IMG/VR virus record: IMGVR_UViG_3300050821_016113
Coordinates: 1 to 35,622 of that record
Direction: 5' to 3' (one strand)
Origin: a virus
DNA: 35,622 nucleotides
This document shows, piece after piece, positions 8,160 to 17,301 of the stretch (its first letter is position 1; each line of letters opens with the position of its first letter). A program made the translations under genes and the position numbers. The notes below the pieces were generated by a model. The model saw only the letters and a program-made list of their open reading frames with translations. It was not told where the DNA came from and ran no database searches.

Positions 8160-8546
8160 ATGAAATATGTTCTGTTTTTTCTGTTGGTATTAAAATCAAT
8201 TAATGCGGGGATTTGTAGTAGTAAAGTTGCTGATGCTCCTGTGGGACCTATGCAATTAAATATGGACCGTCGCGCTTCTGACGCCCGATTACTTCGTATG
8301 CGCCGTATTCAGGCAACTGTTAAACGCTTATCTTTAGCCGATCTCGCTTATTTTAAGAAAGAAAAAAGCATAGACTACCAACTTTATGGACTATTAACTG
8401 AAGAAGATCTGAAGTTCTTTATGTTTTTAATCGATGTTCGCTACCAACAAAATCGCCATGCTTTTGAAGACCAGAAACCGATAATAAAGCAGGTGCGATT
8501 TGAGCCGGAGGAATCTATTTCCCAGCCGGGTCTAGACGCACGGTGA
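8160..8546 (+). CDS. Secreted/exported protein candidate (128 aa)
   Basis: N-terminal MKYVLFFLLVLKSINAGIC hydrophobic leader; no recognised domain. Confidence 0.55.
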   Translation: MKYVLFFLLVLKSINAGICSSKVADAPVGPMQLNMDRRASDARLLRMRRIQATVKRLSLADLAYFKKEKSIDYQLYGLLTEEDLKFFMFLIDVRYQQNRHAFEDQKPIIKQVRFEPEESISQPGLDAR

Positions 8547-8695
8547 ATTTCCTGTACAGTTATCCAACCCGTGACATTTTGTCACGACCTGAAATTGCTG
8601 TTAACGGGGGCGCTTTCTAGAGCAAGTGAGAACTGGATAGCTATCAGTTCTCGGCCCCTTTAAAAATCTTATCTTTCGAGATAAGCGTTAATTCG

Positions 8696-8728
8696 AGGCA
8701 TCCGAACTACAACGGGTGCCTTTTTTAT
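8696..8728 (+). terminator. Rho-independent terminator
   Basis: ggcatccg / cgggtgcc 8-bp stem followed by ttttttatt. Confidence 0.75.
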
Positions 8729-8761
8729 TGCTTTCAATTTTGCTCTTTTGTAGGATTGGTT

Positions 8762-8891
8762 TCGCGTAGGTGGGCTCGCAACCACAAAAAAAGGCGTACA
8801 GAGTCTCGCCAACTCAGGCGTATTGAGACTCGCCATCTCGGGCGTACCGAGCTTCGCCAGCTCATGACGTAATGTAAGCCTCGTCAGCTTA
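8762..8891 (+). repeat. Tandem 24-nt repeat array (three good copies at 8793, 8817 and 8841, plus degenerate flanking copies) in the capsid-gene leader
   Basis: ggcgtacagagtctcgccaactca / ggcgtattgagactcgccatctcg / ggcgtaccgagcttcgccagctca, with exact 24-nt phasing. Confidence 0.85.
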
Positions 8892-8927
8892 AGTGTTAAT
8901 GTAAAATGTAATACTTAAGGATGTTTC

Positions 8928-9878
8928 ATGCCTATTACAACGACAACGGTGTTACCTGCACCGGTGCAGCAAAGCTTTAGTTATAAGCTGCTCTCGGTTC
9001 CGGTCCCAAATATGATCCATAAGATCCCTGCGGTTAAAAAGAATATGCCTCGCAATGGTGGTACAACGCTCAGAATGCGTCGTTATAATCCCCTTGCAAC
9101 AGCAATGGTTCCACTAGGTAATACTGGTGTAACTCCCCCATCTCAACAACTTACTGCTATTGATATTGACGCTAAGCTTCAATTCTATGGCACTTGGGTT
9201 GAGTTGAACGAACAAGTAACATTACAATCACAAGACCCAGTACTTAATGAATGCGCAGCTCGTCTTGGTGTTTCTCTTCGTCAAACCGAAGACCAACTGA
9301 CACGCGACATGCTTGCAGCAACGGCAGCTTTCATTAACTGCGTAGCCGGTAATAACGGGGATAACCCGACTGAGCTTACCTTTGCTGACGTTTCTGTGGC
9401 TGTCCGTACATTGGTTAATGCCAATGCGTACACCATGCTCGACAATATCGAAGGTGAAGATCGTTATGGTACATCTCCGGTTCGTGACGCGTTCTTCGCG
9501 TTAGCAAATTCGCAACTTATTGGTGATTTGGAAAACGTTGAGGGCTTCATTCCAAAAGCAAGCTATCCGGCTCCAATGAATGCCCTTCGCTCTGAGTGGG
9601 GTACTGTAATGAACTTGCGCTTCCTCTTGTCATCAATTGGTAGCTTTACGCCAAATGCGTCATTGCTTGGTGCTAACGTATTCAACGTATTTTGCGTTGG
9701 TATGGAAGCTTATGCATGCATCGAACAAGATGGCTATAGTGCAAACTTCATTTATCGCCCACCAATTTATAACGGTCCACTAGCGCTTAACGCGACAGTT
9801 GGCTATAAATTTGCTGAAGTGCCGCGAATCTTAAACGATCAGTGGGTTGTTAATCTTCGTTGCACATTAGCTGTATAA
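8928..9878 (+). CDS. Major capsid protein (HK97-fold; resembles the N4-gp56-type family from memory)
   Basis: 316 aa, strong SD aagga, located after the scaffold-like gene. The N-terminal pattern ...KNMPRNGGTTLRMRRYNPL is typical of that family. Confidence 0.75.
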   Translation: MPITTTTVLPAPVQQSFSYKLLSVPVPNMIHKIPAVKKNMPRNGGTTLRMRRYNPLATAMVPLGNTGVTPPSQQLTAIDIDAKLQFYGTWVELNEQVTLQSQDPVLNECAARLGVSLRQTEDQLTRDMLAATAAFINCVAGNNGDNPTELTFADVSVAVRTLVNANAYTMLDNIEGEDRYGTSPVRDAFFALANSQLIGDLENVEGFIPKASYPAPMNALRSEWGTVMNLRFLLSSIGSFTPNASLLGANVFNVFCVGMEAYACIEQDGYSANFIYRPPIYNGPLALNATVGYKFAEVPRILNDQWVVNLRCTLAV

Positions 9879-9887
9879 GGAGCGACT

Positions 9888-10910
9888 ATGGATAATACAA
9901 TAATTTTGCAGGGTAGCTTTACTTCGACGGGTTCAGCGGTAAACCTTATTTTACGCAGCGATGTTGATTGGGTTCGTATTTATAATGCGACTGAAATAGC
10001 AGCTGCTAATGATGACCACGGCGTTGAATACTACTGGCAACGTGGATTTGCTGACAATAACGGTATTGTTTGGCTCAGAAACGCTGACCATACTGCGATA
10101 AATATATCTACAAGTGCTGCGCTTGCTGTTGGTGGCTTCAGTTTATTTAATACATCTCTTCCGATGCAAAGTGCATTAAGAGCAGTGACAGGCGTAACAA
10201 ATGCCAACCCTCCTCTTGTTGAAACAGGAAATACTGCGGGACTTGTAACCGGCGATGTTGTACGACTGTACAATGTAGTTGGCGCGCATCAGTTAGGCGC
10301 TATGGATTTCTCTGTTGGCACAGTGGTTGCTAACACAAGTTTCCAAATTGATATGTCCCCTATTGTAAACGCAAATCCAGGTGCGGGATTCTATCGTAAG
10401 GTTGCCTCGATTGGCAATTCGGTCGATATATTCAGGCCTACCAAATATTGGATCGTTGAGATGAGCCAAGGTTCTCCGATGATTGTTACCACGTCGGTAA
10501 TTCCGCTTGGCAGATTACAAGTTGGTCAGGAAGTTCGCTTATATATCCCGCCGGTATTTGGCATGGTAGAAGCTGATCAATTGACAGGAACTATAATAGA
10601 TCTTGGTGTTGCTGATGCTAATGGCAATACAAGCACCGTAGTCCTTGATATAGATTCTTCAGCCTTTTCTGCATTTACATTCCCGTTAACAGCGGCAGTA
10701 CCATTCACTCCTGCATTGATGATTCCTTTCGGTGAGAATACCGGAGAAGCATTGGCAACAAATAACAACATTCTTGCTGATTCTGTCTTTAATGCGAGCG
10801 AATTGGGTATTACCTTAATGCCTGGTATCACTTCACCAGCTGGTTCTGAAGACGATGAAATTTTCTGGGTTGCTGGAAAATCCTTTAGTATCACAGAATT
10901 TGGTGAATAA
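9888..10910 (+). CDS. Virion structural protein, paralogue A (340 aa)
   Basis: Starts MDNTIILQGSF..RSDVDW, the same as the next gene. Contains two GxxVRLY...GTI..D...F beta-domain repeats. Confidence 0.7.
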   Translation: MDNTIILQGSFTSTGSAVNLILRSDVDWVRIYNATEIAAANDDHGVEYYWQRGFADNNGIVWLRNADHTAINISTSAALAVGGFSLFNTSLPMQSALRAVTGVTNANPPLVETGNTAGLVTGDVVRLYNVVGAHQLGAMDFSVGTVVANTSFQIDMSPIVNANPGAGFYRKVASIGNSVDIFRPTKYWIVEMSQGSPMIVTTSVIPLGRLQVGQEVRLYIPPVFGMVEADQLTGTIIDLGVADANGNTSTVVLDIDSSAFSAFTFPLTAAVPFTPALMIPFGENTGEALATNNNILADSVFNASELGITLMPGITSPAGSEDDEIFWVAGKSFSITEFGE

Positions 10911-10917
10911 TTGAATT

Positions 10918-10940
10918 GGGGGGTCTTGTGCCCCCCTCTT
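10918..10940 (+). terminator. GGGGGG/CCCCCC hairpin between the paralogues (possible attenuator, weak T tract)
   Basis: gggggg tcttgtg cccccc tcttt. Confidence 0.35.
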
Positions 10941-10952
10941 TAAAGGACACAC

Positions 10953-11996
10953 ATGGACAATACTATAATCCAGCAAGGATCATTTAAGTCGCCGGGAGCC
11001 GGAGTATTCATTCTTCTTCGTTCTGATGTCGATTGGATGGAAGTAAGAAACTATTCAGCGACGCAACGGGGCGATGATGGCGAAGGTGTTCGTTGGTATT
11101 GGCAAAGAGGGTTACCTAATAATGACGGCTTTATTGAAGCATTTGGCGCGGGAGATACTATTCTTCTGAGTCTTGCTTCAGAAGCCGGTGTGCCAGGATT
11201 TGAACTATTTAATAGCTCAGTTCCTCTTGTAGGGGATAAGTTATTAGTTAATGACGTGACTGGTGGACCTCCTCCACTTGTGAGTGTCAATAGTATCGGT
11301 TCACAAATTAAGGGGAAATTAGTCAATGGTGACGTAGTTCGCCTTTATGCTATTGCCGGAGGCTTGCAATTAAGCTCTATCGATTTCGAAATTAACAACG
11401 TAGTTGCTGATACGAGCTTTGATTTAGCTTATATGCGAGCGATTGTTCCTGCAGCAGGCCCAGGGTTTTATGCCCGTGTTGCTTTTGGTACTCATTTCTT
11501 ACCAACATTTCGTTACATAACCCGTATATCGAACGAAGTTCAAGCTTTAGTTACGTTAACGGTGCGTCACGGCTATGAAATAGGACAAGTGGTTCGTTTT
11601 ACTATTCCTAAAGTACGCAATAGTACTGCCTATGGTATGAATGAAATTGATCAGCTTCAGGGCACTATTGTTGACACTGGTGAAGCAGATGTGGATGGTG
11701 TTACTAATACAATTCGTGTAGATATCGACACAACAGCTTTCAATCCATTCCTGTTCCCAGGAAATGGTGCCGGAACACACAGTCCTGCGATTGTTACTCC
11801 TGTTGGTGAAAATACTGGGGTTGCAATAGCTACTGGTCTTCCGCCTGATGGTGATTTTGTTTCCGATGATAGTACCATTGGCATGTTTTTAGGCTATGAC
11901 CCAACCGGAGCAGGTAGGTCGCCTGCAGGTATCGATGGCGATACTATGTACTGGCGCGCTGGAAAATCATTTGCAGTTGATAACAAAGCATTTTAA
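10953..11996 (+). CDS. Virion structural protein, paralogue B (347 aa)
   Basis: Starts MDNTIIQQGSF..RSDVDW; collinear similarity to 9888-10910 along the whole length. Confidence 0.7.
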   Translation: MDNTIIQQGSFKSPGAGVFILLRSDVDWMEVRNYSATQRGDDGEGVRWYWQRGLPNNDGFIEAFGAGDTILLSLASEAGVPGFELFNSSVPLVGDKLLVNDVTGGPPPLVSVNSIGSQIKGKLVNGDVVRLYAIAGGLQLSSIDFEINNVVADTSFDLAYMRAIVPAAGPGFYARVAFGTHFLPTFRYITRISNEVQALVTLTVRHGYEIGQVVRFTIPKVRNSTAYGMNEIDQLQGTIVDTGEADVDGVTNTIRVDIDTTAFNPFLFPGNGAGTHSPAIVTPVGENTGVAIATGLPPDGDFVSDDSTIGMFLGYDPTGAGRSPAGIDGDTMYWRAGKSFAVDNKAF

Positions 11997-12015
11997 CAAT
12001 TAAAGAAGGGAATCC

Positions 12016-12462
12016 ATGGTCGATAATCCACACGTAAATACAGGTTTAATCGGTGTTGATGTTACTCCTAAAAAGCTGTCAAAAGACACCGTAGAATCAC
12101 GCAAAAAGAATCTTCGCTATATGCGGGATAAGGATCGTGAACCAGTTAAAGGGATTTTCAAGTTCTATGAAGTACCAGGAGGAGCATTAAAGTTCCCGTT
12201 CCGGGCTTATAAAGAAGACCCTGTTGAATTTTATGAACTTACCGATGGTCAGGTGTATACAATACCACTTGGTGTTGCACGTCACCTTAACAAAAGTGGC
12301 TGGTATCCAATCCATGCATATGAACAAGATGAAACCGGAAAACCTGTAGCACGAGTTGGACAAAAAGTGCGACGTTATGGATTCCAATCATTAGAGTTTG
12401 TTGATGTTGATGATTTAACTGAACAACCCGGAATCATTACTGTGGAGCGCGTTATAACATGA
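12016..12462 (+). CDS. Hypothetical structural-module protein (148 aa)
   Basis: SD gaaggga; gene context only. Confidence 0.6.
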   Translation: MVDNPHVNTGLIGVDVTPKKLSKDTVESRKKNLRYMRDKDREPVKGIFKFYEVPGGALKFPFRAYKEDPVEFYELTDGQVYTIPLGVARHLNKSGWYPIHAYEQDETGKPVARVGQKVRRYGFQSLEFVDVDDLTEQPGIITVERVIT

Positions 12463-12809
12463 CCCCAATTTTAGCATTTCCCAACCCTGAATTTATTCCT
12501 GCAATGAGAATCATTCAGAATATTACGCAGGCGGAGAATGCTGAAGTTACTACAACATTCGCTCACGGTTATTTATCGGGCCTTATTGTCCGTATAAATA
12601 TAGGAACGGGAGACGGGATGAAGCAAATAGATACTCAGACCGGTACTATAACAGTCACCGGTCTGACTACATTTTTAATCGATATTAATACAGCAACCTA
12701 CGAGCCATTTTTCATAGCTGATGTGCCCCACAAAAGTTTCTATTCGATAGTTGTACCCATTGGAGAAATTAATAGTATACTGACCCAGGCGACACAGAAT
12801 ACATTGTAA
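12459..12809 (+). CDS. Small structural protein carrying one copy of the beta-domain seen in paralogues A and B
   Basis: GLIVRINIGTGDGMKQIDTQTGTI...IDINTATYEPF...VVPIGE aligns with the second domain of 9888 and 10953 (…MIPFGE / …VTPVGE). Confidence 0.6.
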   Translation: MTPILAFPNPEFIPAMRIIQNITQAENAEVTTTFAHGYLSGLIVRINIGTGDGMKQIDTQTGTITVTGLTTFLIDINTATYEPFFIADVPHKSFYSIVVPIGEINSILTQATQNTL

Positions 12810-12820
12810 AAGGATGAGTC

Positions 12821-13804
12821 ATGTCTGACGCTACGTTATCAACGCTGGTTCAAATCCAAAATAAGATTCGTCGTCTTGTGCGTGCTCCTTCAGAAGTTCA
12901 AATAACTACGCAGCAAATAAATGACTATATTAATACATTCGTTTTATACGATTTTCCTGAGCATCTTCGTCTTTTTAATTTGCGGACTACATTAACGTTT
13001 TATACTCAACCGTATATCGATGTTTATGAAACAAATACAACGAACCCAGCTGATCCGTTATTTAATTTCATTAATCTCTATACTTCAGTTGCTGAGCCAG
13101 TCTATATAGCCGGCTTTAGGGCACTGTATACCCAATCACGTGAGCAATTCTTTAATATATATCCGCTCATTAATAGTATTGGCTCTATCGGGACAAGCGG
13201 CGATGGTGTTACCACCCATTTTACTGGCACCTTATCGGCAATACCGATTATTAGAAACTATGTGACCTTTGCTTCGGTGACTAATGCGAATACCGGTTTG
13301 CGTTTAAGCGATGATGGCCTTGGCAATTTAACGGGCGATGGTACTGGAACAATAGATTACGTTACTGGTGCTTTTGTGTTGGATTTCTCAACTCCGCCTG
13401 GTTCTGGCATGTTTATTAATAGCGAAACGATTCCTACCCAACCAGCGCAACCACGATCGCTATTATTCTTCGATAATAAGTTTACCGTGCGTCCTATACC
13501 CGATCAGCCTTATCCTGTTCAATTAGAAGCGTATAAGCGCCCTGATGAACTGCTTGCTAATAACCAACAACCTAAGTTATCCCGTTGGTGGCAATATATT
13601 GCTTACGGAGCTGCTAAAAAGATATTTGAAGATCGTATGGATTTAGATTCAGTTGCGCTCATATTGCCTGAATTTAAACAACAAGAACGTATGGTTCTAC
13701 GTGACACTTTAGTACTGAATGCAAACGAGAGAACAGCGACAATATATACAGAACAAGCTGGTGGTCCAAGCGCATATGGTTGGAATTTCAGCGGTCCATT
13801 CTAA
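12821..13804 (+). CDS. Head-tail adaptor-like structural protein (tentative)
   Basis: 327 aa, called from position and general pattern (…FTVRPIPDQPYPVQLEAYKRP…). No firm motif. Confidence 0.4.
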   Translation: MSDATLSTLVQIQNKIRRLVRAPSEVQITTQQINDYINTFVLYDFPEHLRLFNLRTTLTFYTQPYIDVYETNTTNPADPLFNFINLYTSVAEPVYIAGFRALYTQSREQFFNIYPLINSIGSIGTSGDGVTTHFTGTLSAIPIIRNYVTFASVTNANTGLRLSDDGLGNLTGDGTGTIDYVTGAFVLDFSTPPGSGMFINSETIPTQPAQPRSLLFFDNKFTVRPIPDQPYPVQLEAYKRPDELLANNQQPKLSRWWQYIAYGAAKKIFEDRMDLDSVALILPEFKQQERMVLRDTLVLNANERTATIYTEQAGGPSAYGWNFSGPF

Positions 13805-13813
13805 GGAGAGATA

Positions 13814-14404
13814 ATGCCATATACAGCAAACGTGCCTCAAGGATCCCAGAGAATAAGCGATACGCAAACGCCTATTCTTAATAACTTTCAATCGATTCAA
13901 AATCTTATCACAGTAAATCACGTTGATTTTGATTTGACCGACCAAGGTAAACACAACTTTGTTTCAATGCCAGTTCAGGCGGGAAATCCTGGGACAACTA
14001 CGTATGAAATGGCTTTATATACAAAAACTTCTGCACTTTCTAGTGTTCCAGAGATGTTTATTCAACGTGATACCAATGGTGCCGCTATAGAATTTACGTC
14101 ATCTGTACAAGCTTCACCGGGATGGACACGTGTACCGTCGGGCATCTTATTTAAATGGGGTGTCGTAACCGGTACTGGCAATACAACAACCTTGTTTCCT
14201 GTTGCTGGTAATATTCCTGTGTTTGCCAATATCTTTTCTGTGATGGTATCTGTTGGACCTCAAATTGCTGCACCGGGATCTGCACCAAATACCTACGTTC
14301 AAGTTTATAATTTTAATGTGACGCAGTTTGATTCCTGGTGTTCGACTTTAACGACTCTCGCTGATGTTCCTGTTACGTTTCGTTATCTTGCTATAGGGAA
14401 TTAA
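13814..14404 (+). CDS. Short fibre / tail accessory protein (196 aa)
   Basis: N-terminal ...NFQSIQNLI..NH.DF....GKHNFV and C-terminal GW..VPSGILFKWG... resemble tail-fibre N-terminus plus gp53-like C-terminal patterns, from memory. Confidence 0.4.
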   Translation: MPYTANVPQGSQRISDTQTPILNNFQSIQNLITVNHVDFDLTDQGKHNFVSMPVQAGNPGTTTYEMALYTKTSALSSVPEMFIQRDTNGAAIEFTSSVQASPGWTRVPSGILFKWGVVTGTGNTTTLFPVAGNIPVFANIFSVMVSVGPQIAAPGSAPNTYVQVYNFNVTQFDSWCSTLTTLADVPVTFRYLAIGN

Positions 14405-14405
14405 G

Positions 14406-16643
14406 ATGGCAATCGATCGTTTTCTGATCGCACCATATTCGACCGGCCAACAAACAAATGTAAAGCCGTGGCTTATTGCAGATGACGCATTTGAATCAAT
14501 TTACAATGCATATGTCTTTCGAGGTCGTGTAAGAAAACGATTCGGCGGTCTTTATATGAATGGTACTGATGTTGATCAAACGACATCACGCTTGCGTATA
14601 AATATAGCAACCACTGATGGCGCTGGTGCTGCTGCTGGCACAGTCCCGGGTACTAAATTTGCTGTGGGGCAGATGTTTTCTATAGGAACTGATTTATTTA
14701 CTGTTGTATCTTCAACTCCTGGTCCACAACCGATGCTTGTGACAGGAATTGGTTCAGGAACTTACAATATAAGTAACGGTGCTTATACGTTCGCTGGTGC
14801 TCCTATTATTACACCGATATTTTTCTATCCATCAACTCCAGTTATGGGTCTATTAATAAATGAGACAGCAACGCGAGAAACAGGGCAACTTATAGCTTTC
14901 GATCAACAATTTGCTTATCAGTTTATAGGTGGGGCATTTAATCGTTTGGGAACTGCTATATGGACTGGGTCGGACTCACAGTTCTTTTGGGGAACTGGCT
15001 GGCAAAATATAGTTGCTGGTACATTCTTATTTTTTGTTACTAACTTTAATGCGGCAGATAATATTAAATATTGGGATGAATCAGCTTTAGCATGGACGAC
15101 AATAGCACCGCTTATTGATGGGGCCGGAAGTACTCTTTTAACTGCCAGATTATTAGTCAATTTTGGCAATAGATTGATTGCTCTTAATACTATTGAAAAT
15201 ATTGTTATGGGTATGAGTTCTCAGGTAATCGATTTTCCACAAAGAGCGCGTTGGAGTTCATTTTCTGATGCTACAACTATTAATGCATGGAAGACTACAG
15301 TTTCTCCAACTGCTGGTTTTCTAGATGCTCCTACCGATGAACAAATCACCAGCGCATATTTTATCAAGAACCGTTTGATCGTTTTCTTTGAGAATTCAAC
15401 ATGGGAATTGGTATACACCGGTAATACGGCCGATCCATTTATCTGGCAAAGAATAAACTCTGAACTCGGCTCTGAATCCACATTTTCTACAGTGCCGTTC
15501 GACAAGGTTCTTCTCACTGTTGGTGACGTAGGTATTCACGCCTGTAATGGTGCGAACGTCGAACGTATCGACGATAAAATACCGGACGAAGTATTCAGTA
15601 TCCATAACGGGAACGACGGAATCTTTCGTGTTTATGGTATTCGTGACTATTTTGTAGAAATGGTTTATTGGGCATTGCCCGATGTTATTGATAGCCCTAC
15701 CTATCCAAACCGAGTTCTTGTTTACAACTATAAGACAGGAGCTTGGGCATTTAACGATGATACAATAACCGCTTTTGGTTATTTCAATAACCCATTAAGT
15801 ACTATATGGTCTGCTGCAACTCAGTTGTGGGATGATGCCACAGAATTATGGGGTAGCGGGCAAATTCAATCAGCATTCAGACAAGTATGCGCAGGTAATC
15901 AACAAGGATTTGTCTTCTTGGTTGCACCTAATGAATCACAAAATGCTCCGGTCATGCAAATAACCAATGTAAATCTTGGTGTTGCTCCAATAGCATTAAC
16001 GGTCATTAATCACAATTTGATTCAGGGTGATTACATTAAGATTGAAAATGCGGTTGGGTTAGCAAATATTAATAATTTGATCTTTGAAGTTAACGTTCAA
16101 GATGCTAATACGATACGTTTACTTGTATTTGGGGCACCAGTTACTGGTACTTATCTTGGTGGTGGAACAATACGACGCGTAACTCCAATTGATATTTTGA
16201 CTAAGCAGTTTAACTTTTATGAAAAGTCTGGTCGAAATGCTTTAATCAATAAAGCAGAATTTCTGGTTGAATCAACTGATGTTGGAGAATGCACAGTTGA
16301 TTTCTTGGTGAATTTTAATGACGAGGGATTCTTTGGAAAATTCGGCACTGAGCCCGGAGTAATTTATAACGCAATTCCTGGAACTAACATTCTTCAAACC
16401 TTCCCATATACAACTGCTAATAGCCCTATTTTGGGAACTGAAGAAGATCGCCCTATGCTATGGCACCCAATTTATTTCAATGGCGAGGGCCAAACAGTTC
16501 AATTGCATATTTATCTTCAGTTTGAGCAGGTCCTTAAATTTACAACCGATCCAAGTGGCACAAGAAACTTTGTGGCAGATGAACCATTTGAGATGAATGC
16601 CATGATGATCTTTGCGCAACCTACCACCTCCATATTCCAGTAA
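14406..16643 (+). CDS. Tail tubular B / nozzle-like protein (tentative)
   Basis: 745 aa. The segment ITSAYFIKNRLIVFFENSTWEL weakly recalls T7 gp12 INDVFFFRNRLGFLSGENIILS. Size and position fit. Confidence 0.45.
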   Translation: MAIDRFLIAPYSTGQQTNVKPWLIADDAFESIYNAYVFRGRVRKRFGGLYMNGTDVDQTTSRLRINIATTDGAGAAAGTVPGTKFAVGQMFSIGTDLFTVVSSTPGPQPMLVTGIGSGTYNISNGAYTFAGAPIITPIFFYPSTPVMGLLINETATRETGQLIAFDQQFAYQFIGGAFNRLGTAIWTGSDSQFFWGTGWQNIVAGTFLFFVTNFNAADNIKYWDESALAWTTIAPLIDGAGSTLLTARLLVNFGNRLIALNTIENIVMGMSSQVIDFPQRARWSSFSDATTINAWKTTVSPTAGFLDAPTDEQITSAYFIKNRLIVFFENSTWELVYTGNTADPFIWQRINSELGSESTFSTVPFDKVLLTVGDVGIHACNGANVERIDDKIPDEVFSIHNGNDGIFRVYGIRDYFVEMVYWALPDVIDSPTYPNRVLVYNYKTGAWAFNDDTITAFGYFNNPLSTIWSAATQLWDDATELWGSGQIQSAFRQVCAGNQQGFVFLVAPNESQNAPVMQITNVNLGVAPIALTVINHNLIQGDYIKIENAVGLANINNLIFEVNVQDANTIRLLVFGAPVTGTYLGGGTIRRVTPIDILTKQFNFYEKSGRNALINKAEFLVESTDVGECTVDFLVNFNDEGFFGKFGTEPGVIYNAIPGTNILQTFPYTTANSPILGTEEDRPMLWHPIYFNGEGQTVQLHIYLQFEQVLKFTTDPSGTRNFVADEPFEMNAMMIFAQPTTSIFQ

Positions 16644-16671
16644 AAAAAACCCCGTGCCTACACAAGCACGG
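16642..16671 (-). terminator. Rho-independent terminator for the minus-strand gene; hairpin only on the plus strand
   Basis: ccgtgc/gcacgg stem. The A8 run upstream on plus becomes a T8 run after the hairpin on minus. Confidence 0.7.
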
Positions 16672-16707
16672 AGTAAAAAGGAGGTAAACAATAGGGAATG
16701 AAGATGC

Positions 16708-17247
16708 CTATTGTTTCATGTATTCTAGCACAACATAACAGAGATTAAAGTTTGATAGATTAGCGCTTGTAGTGATATTTACATTTGTTGCATCTATCGT
16801 GATTTCTACTTCGCGTGCTTCAGTTGCTGATACATAAGGTATTGGTATATATGTGTGTCCTGTTGTGTCTGATGCTGTTGCATAGATTCTGGTAAACGAC
16901 GTATTATTATCGACTACGATGCCATGCGCGACCGATTTAGTTCCCGTGTTTGGTAACGCACCAAAATCTACGGTTACTCTATACACTGCGCGTAATGTTG
17001 ACGGTATCGTTGGATTAGCAGCAGCAGTAACTGGATTGGGAAAATAACTTTGTCCATTGATAAATTCACCCAAAACATAATAGCCTGCGTCTTTGCCATT
17101 TAATTGGATCGCTATCAAGTTTATGTTCTGATAAAGACGGACAAGAAGCTCTTTAAATTCTCCACTATTTACATCTACTTCTTGTATAGCTCCGACATCC
17201 CAAATATTTGTTGTTGGAACAAATGAACCCTTAAAATCTGTTGCCAT
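16708..17247 (-). CDS. Fibre-tip-like structural protein, inverted relative to the structural module
   Basis: 179 aa. ...LVRLYQNINLIAIQLNGKDAGYY... and C-terminal ...VVLEYMKQ resemble a phage fibre/virion protein family, from memory. Confidence 0.55.
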   Translation of the reverse strand: MATDFKGSFVPTTNIWDVGAIQEVDVNSGEFKELLVRLYQNINLIAIQLNGKDAGYYVLGEFINGQSYFPNPVTAAANPTIPSTLRAVYRVTVDFGALPNTGTKSVAHGIVVDNNTSFTRIYATASDTTGHTYIPIPYVSATEAREVEITIDATNVNITTSANLSNFNLCYVVLEYMKQ

Positions 17248-17273
17248 GGTTTCCTCAAAAATCTTTTAATTAT

Positions 17274-17301
17274 TTGTGACTCTGATTAGGCTATGGATAA
17301 T
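17274..17301 (+). promoter_or_regulatory. Sigma70-like promoter candidate, TTGTGA-16-GATAAT
   Basis: Read by eye in the divergent gap upstream of 17328. Confidence 0.3.

Noticed and set aside
8606-8658. tRNA or tmRNA-like gene in the 8547-8927 gap
   Set aside because: Only nested simple hairpins are present. I could not build an acceptor stem with D, anticodon and T arms, and there is no GTTCRANYC T-loop.
8793-8864. Possibility that the 24-nt repeats are a mini CRISPR array
   Set aside because: The copies are directly contiguous with no spacers. They are too short and too few, and no cas genes or leader are present.
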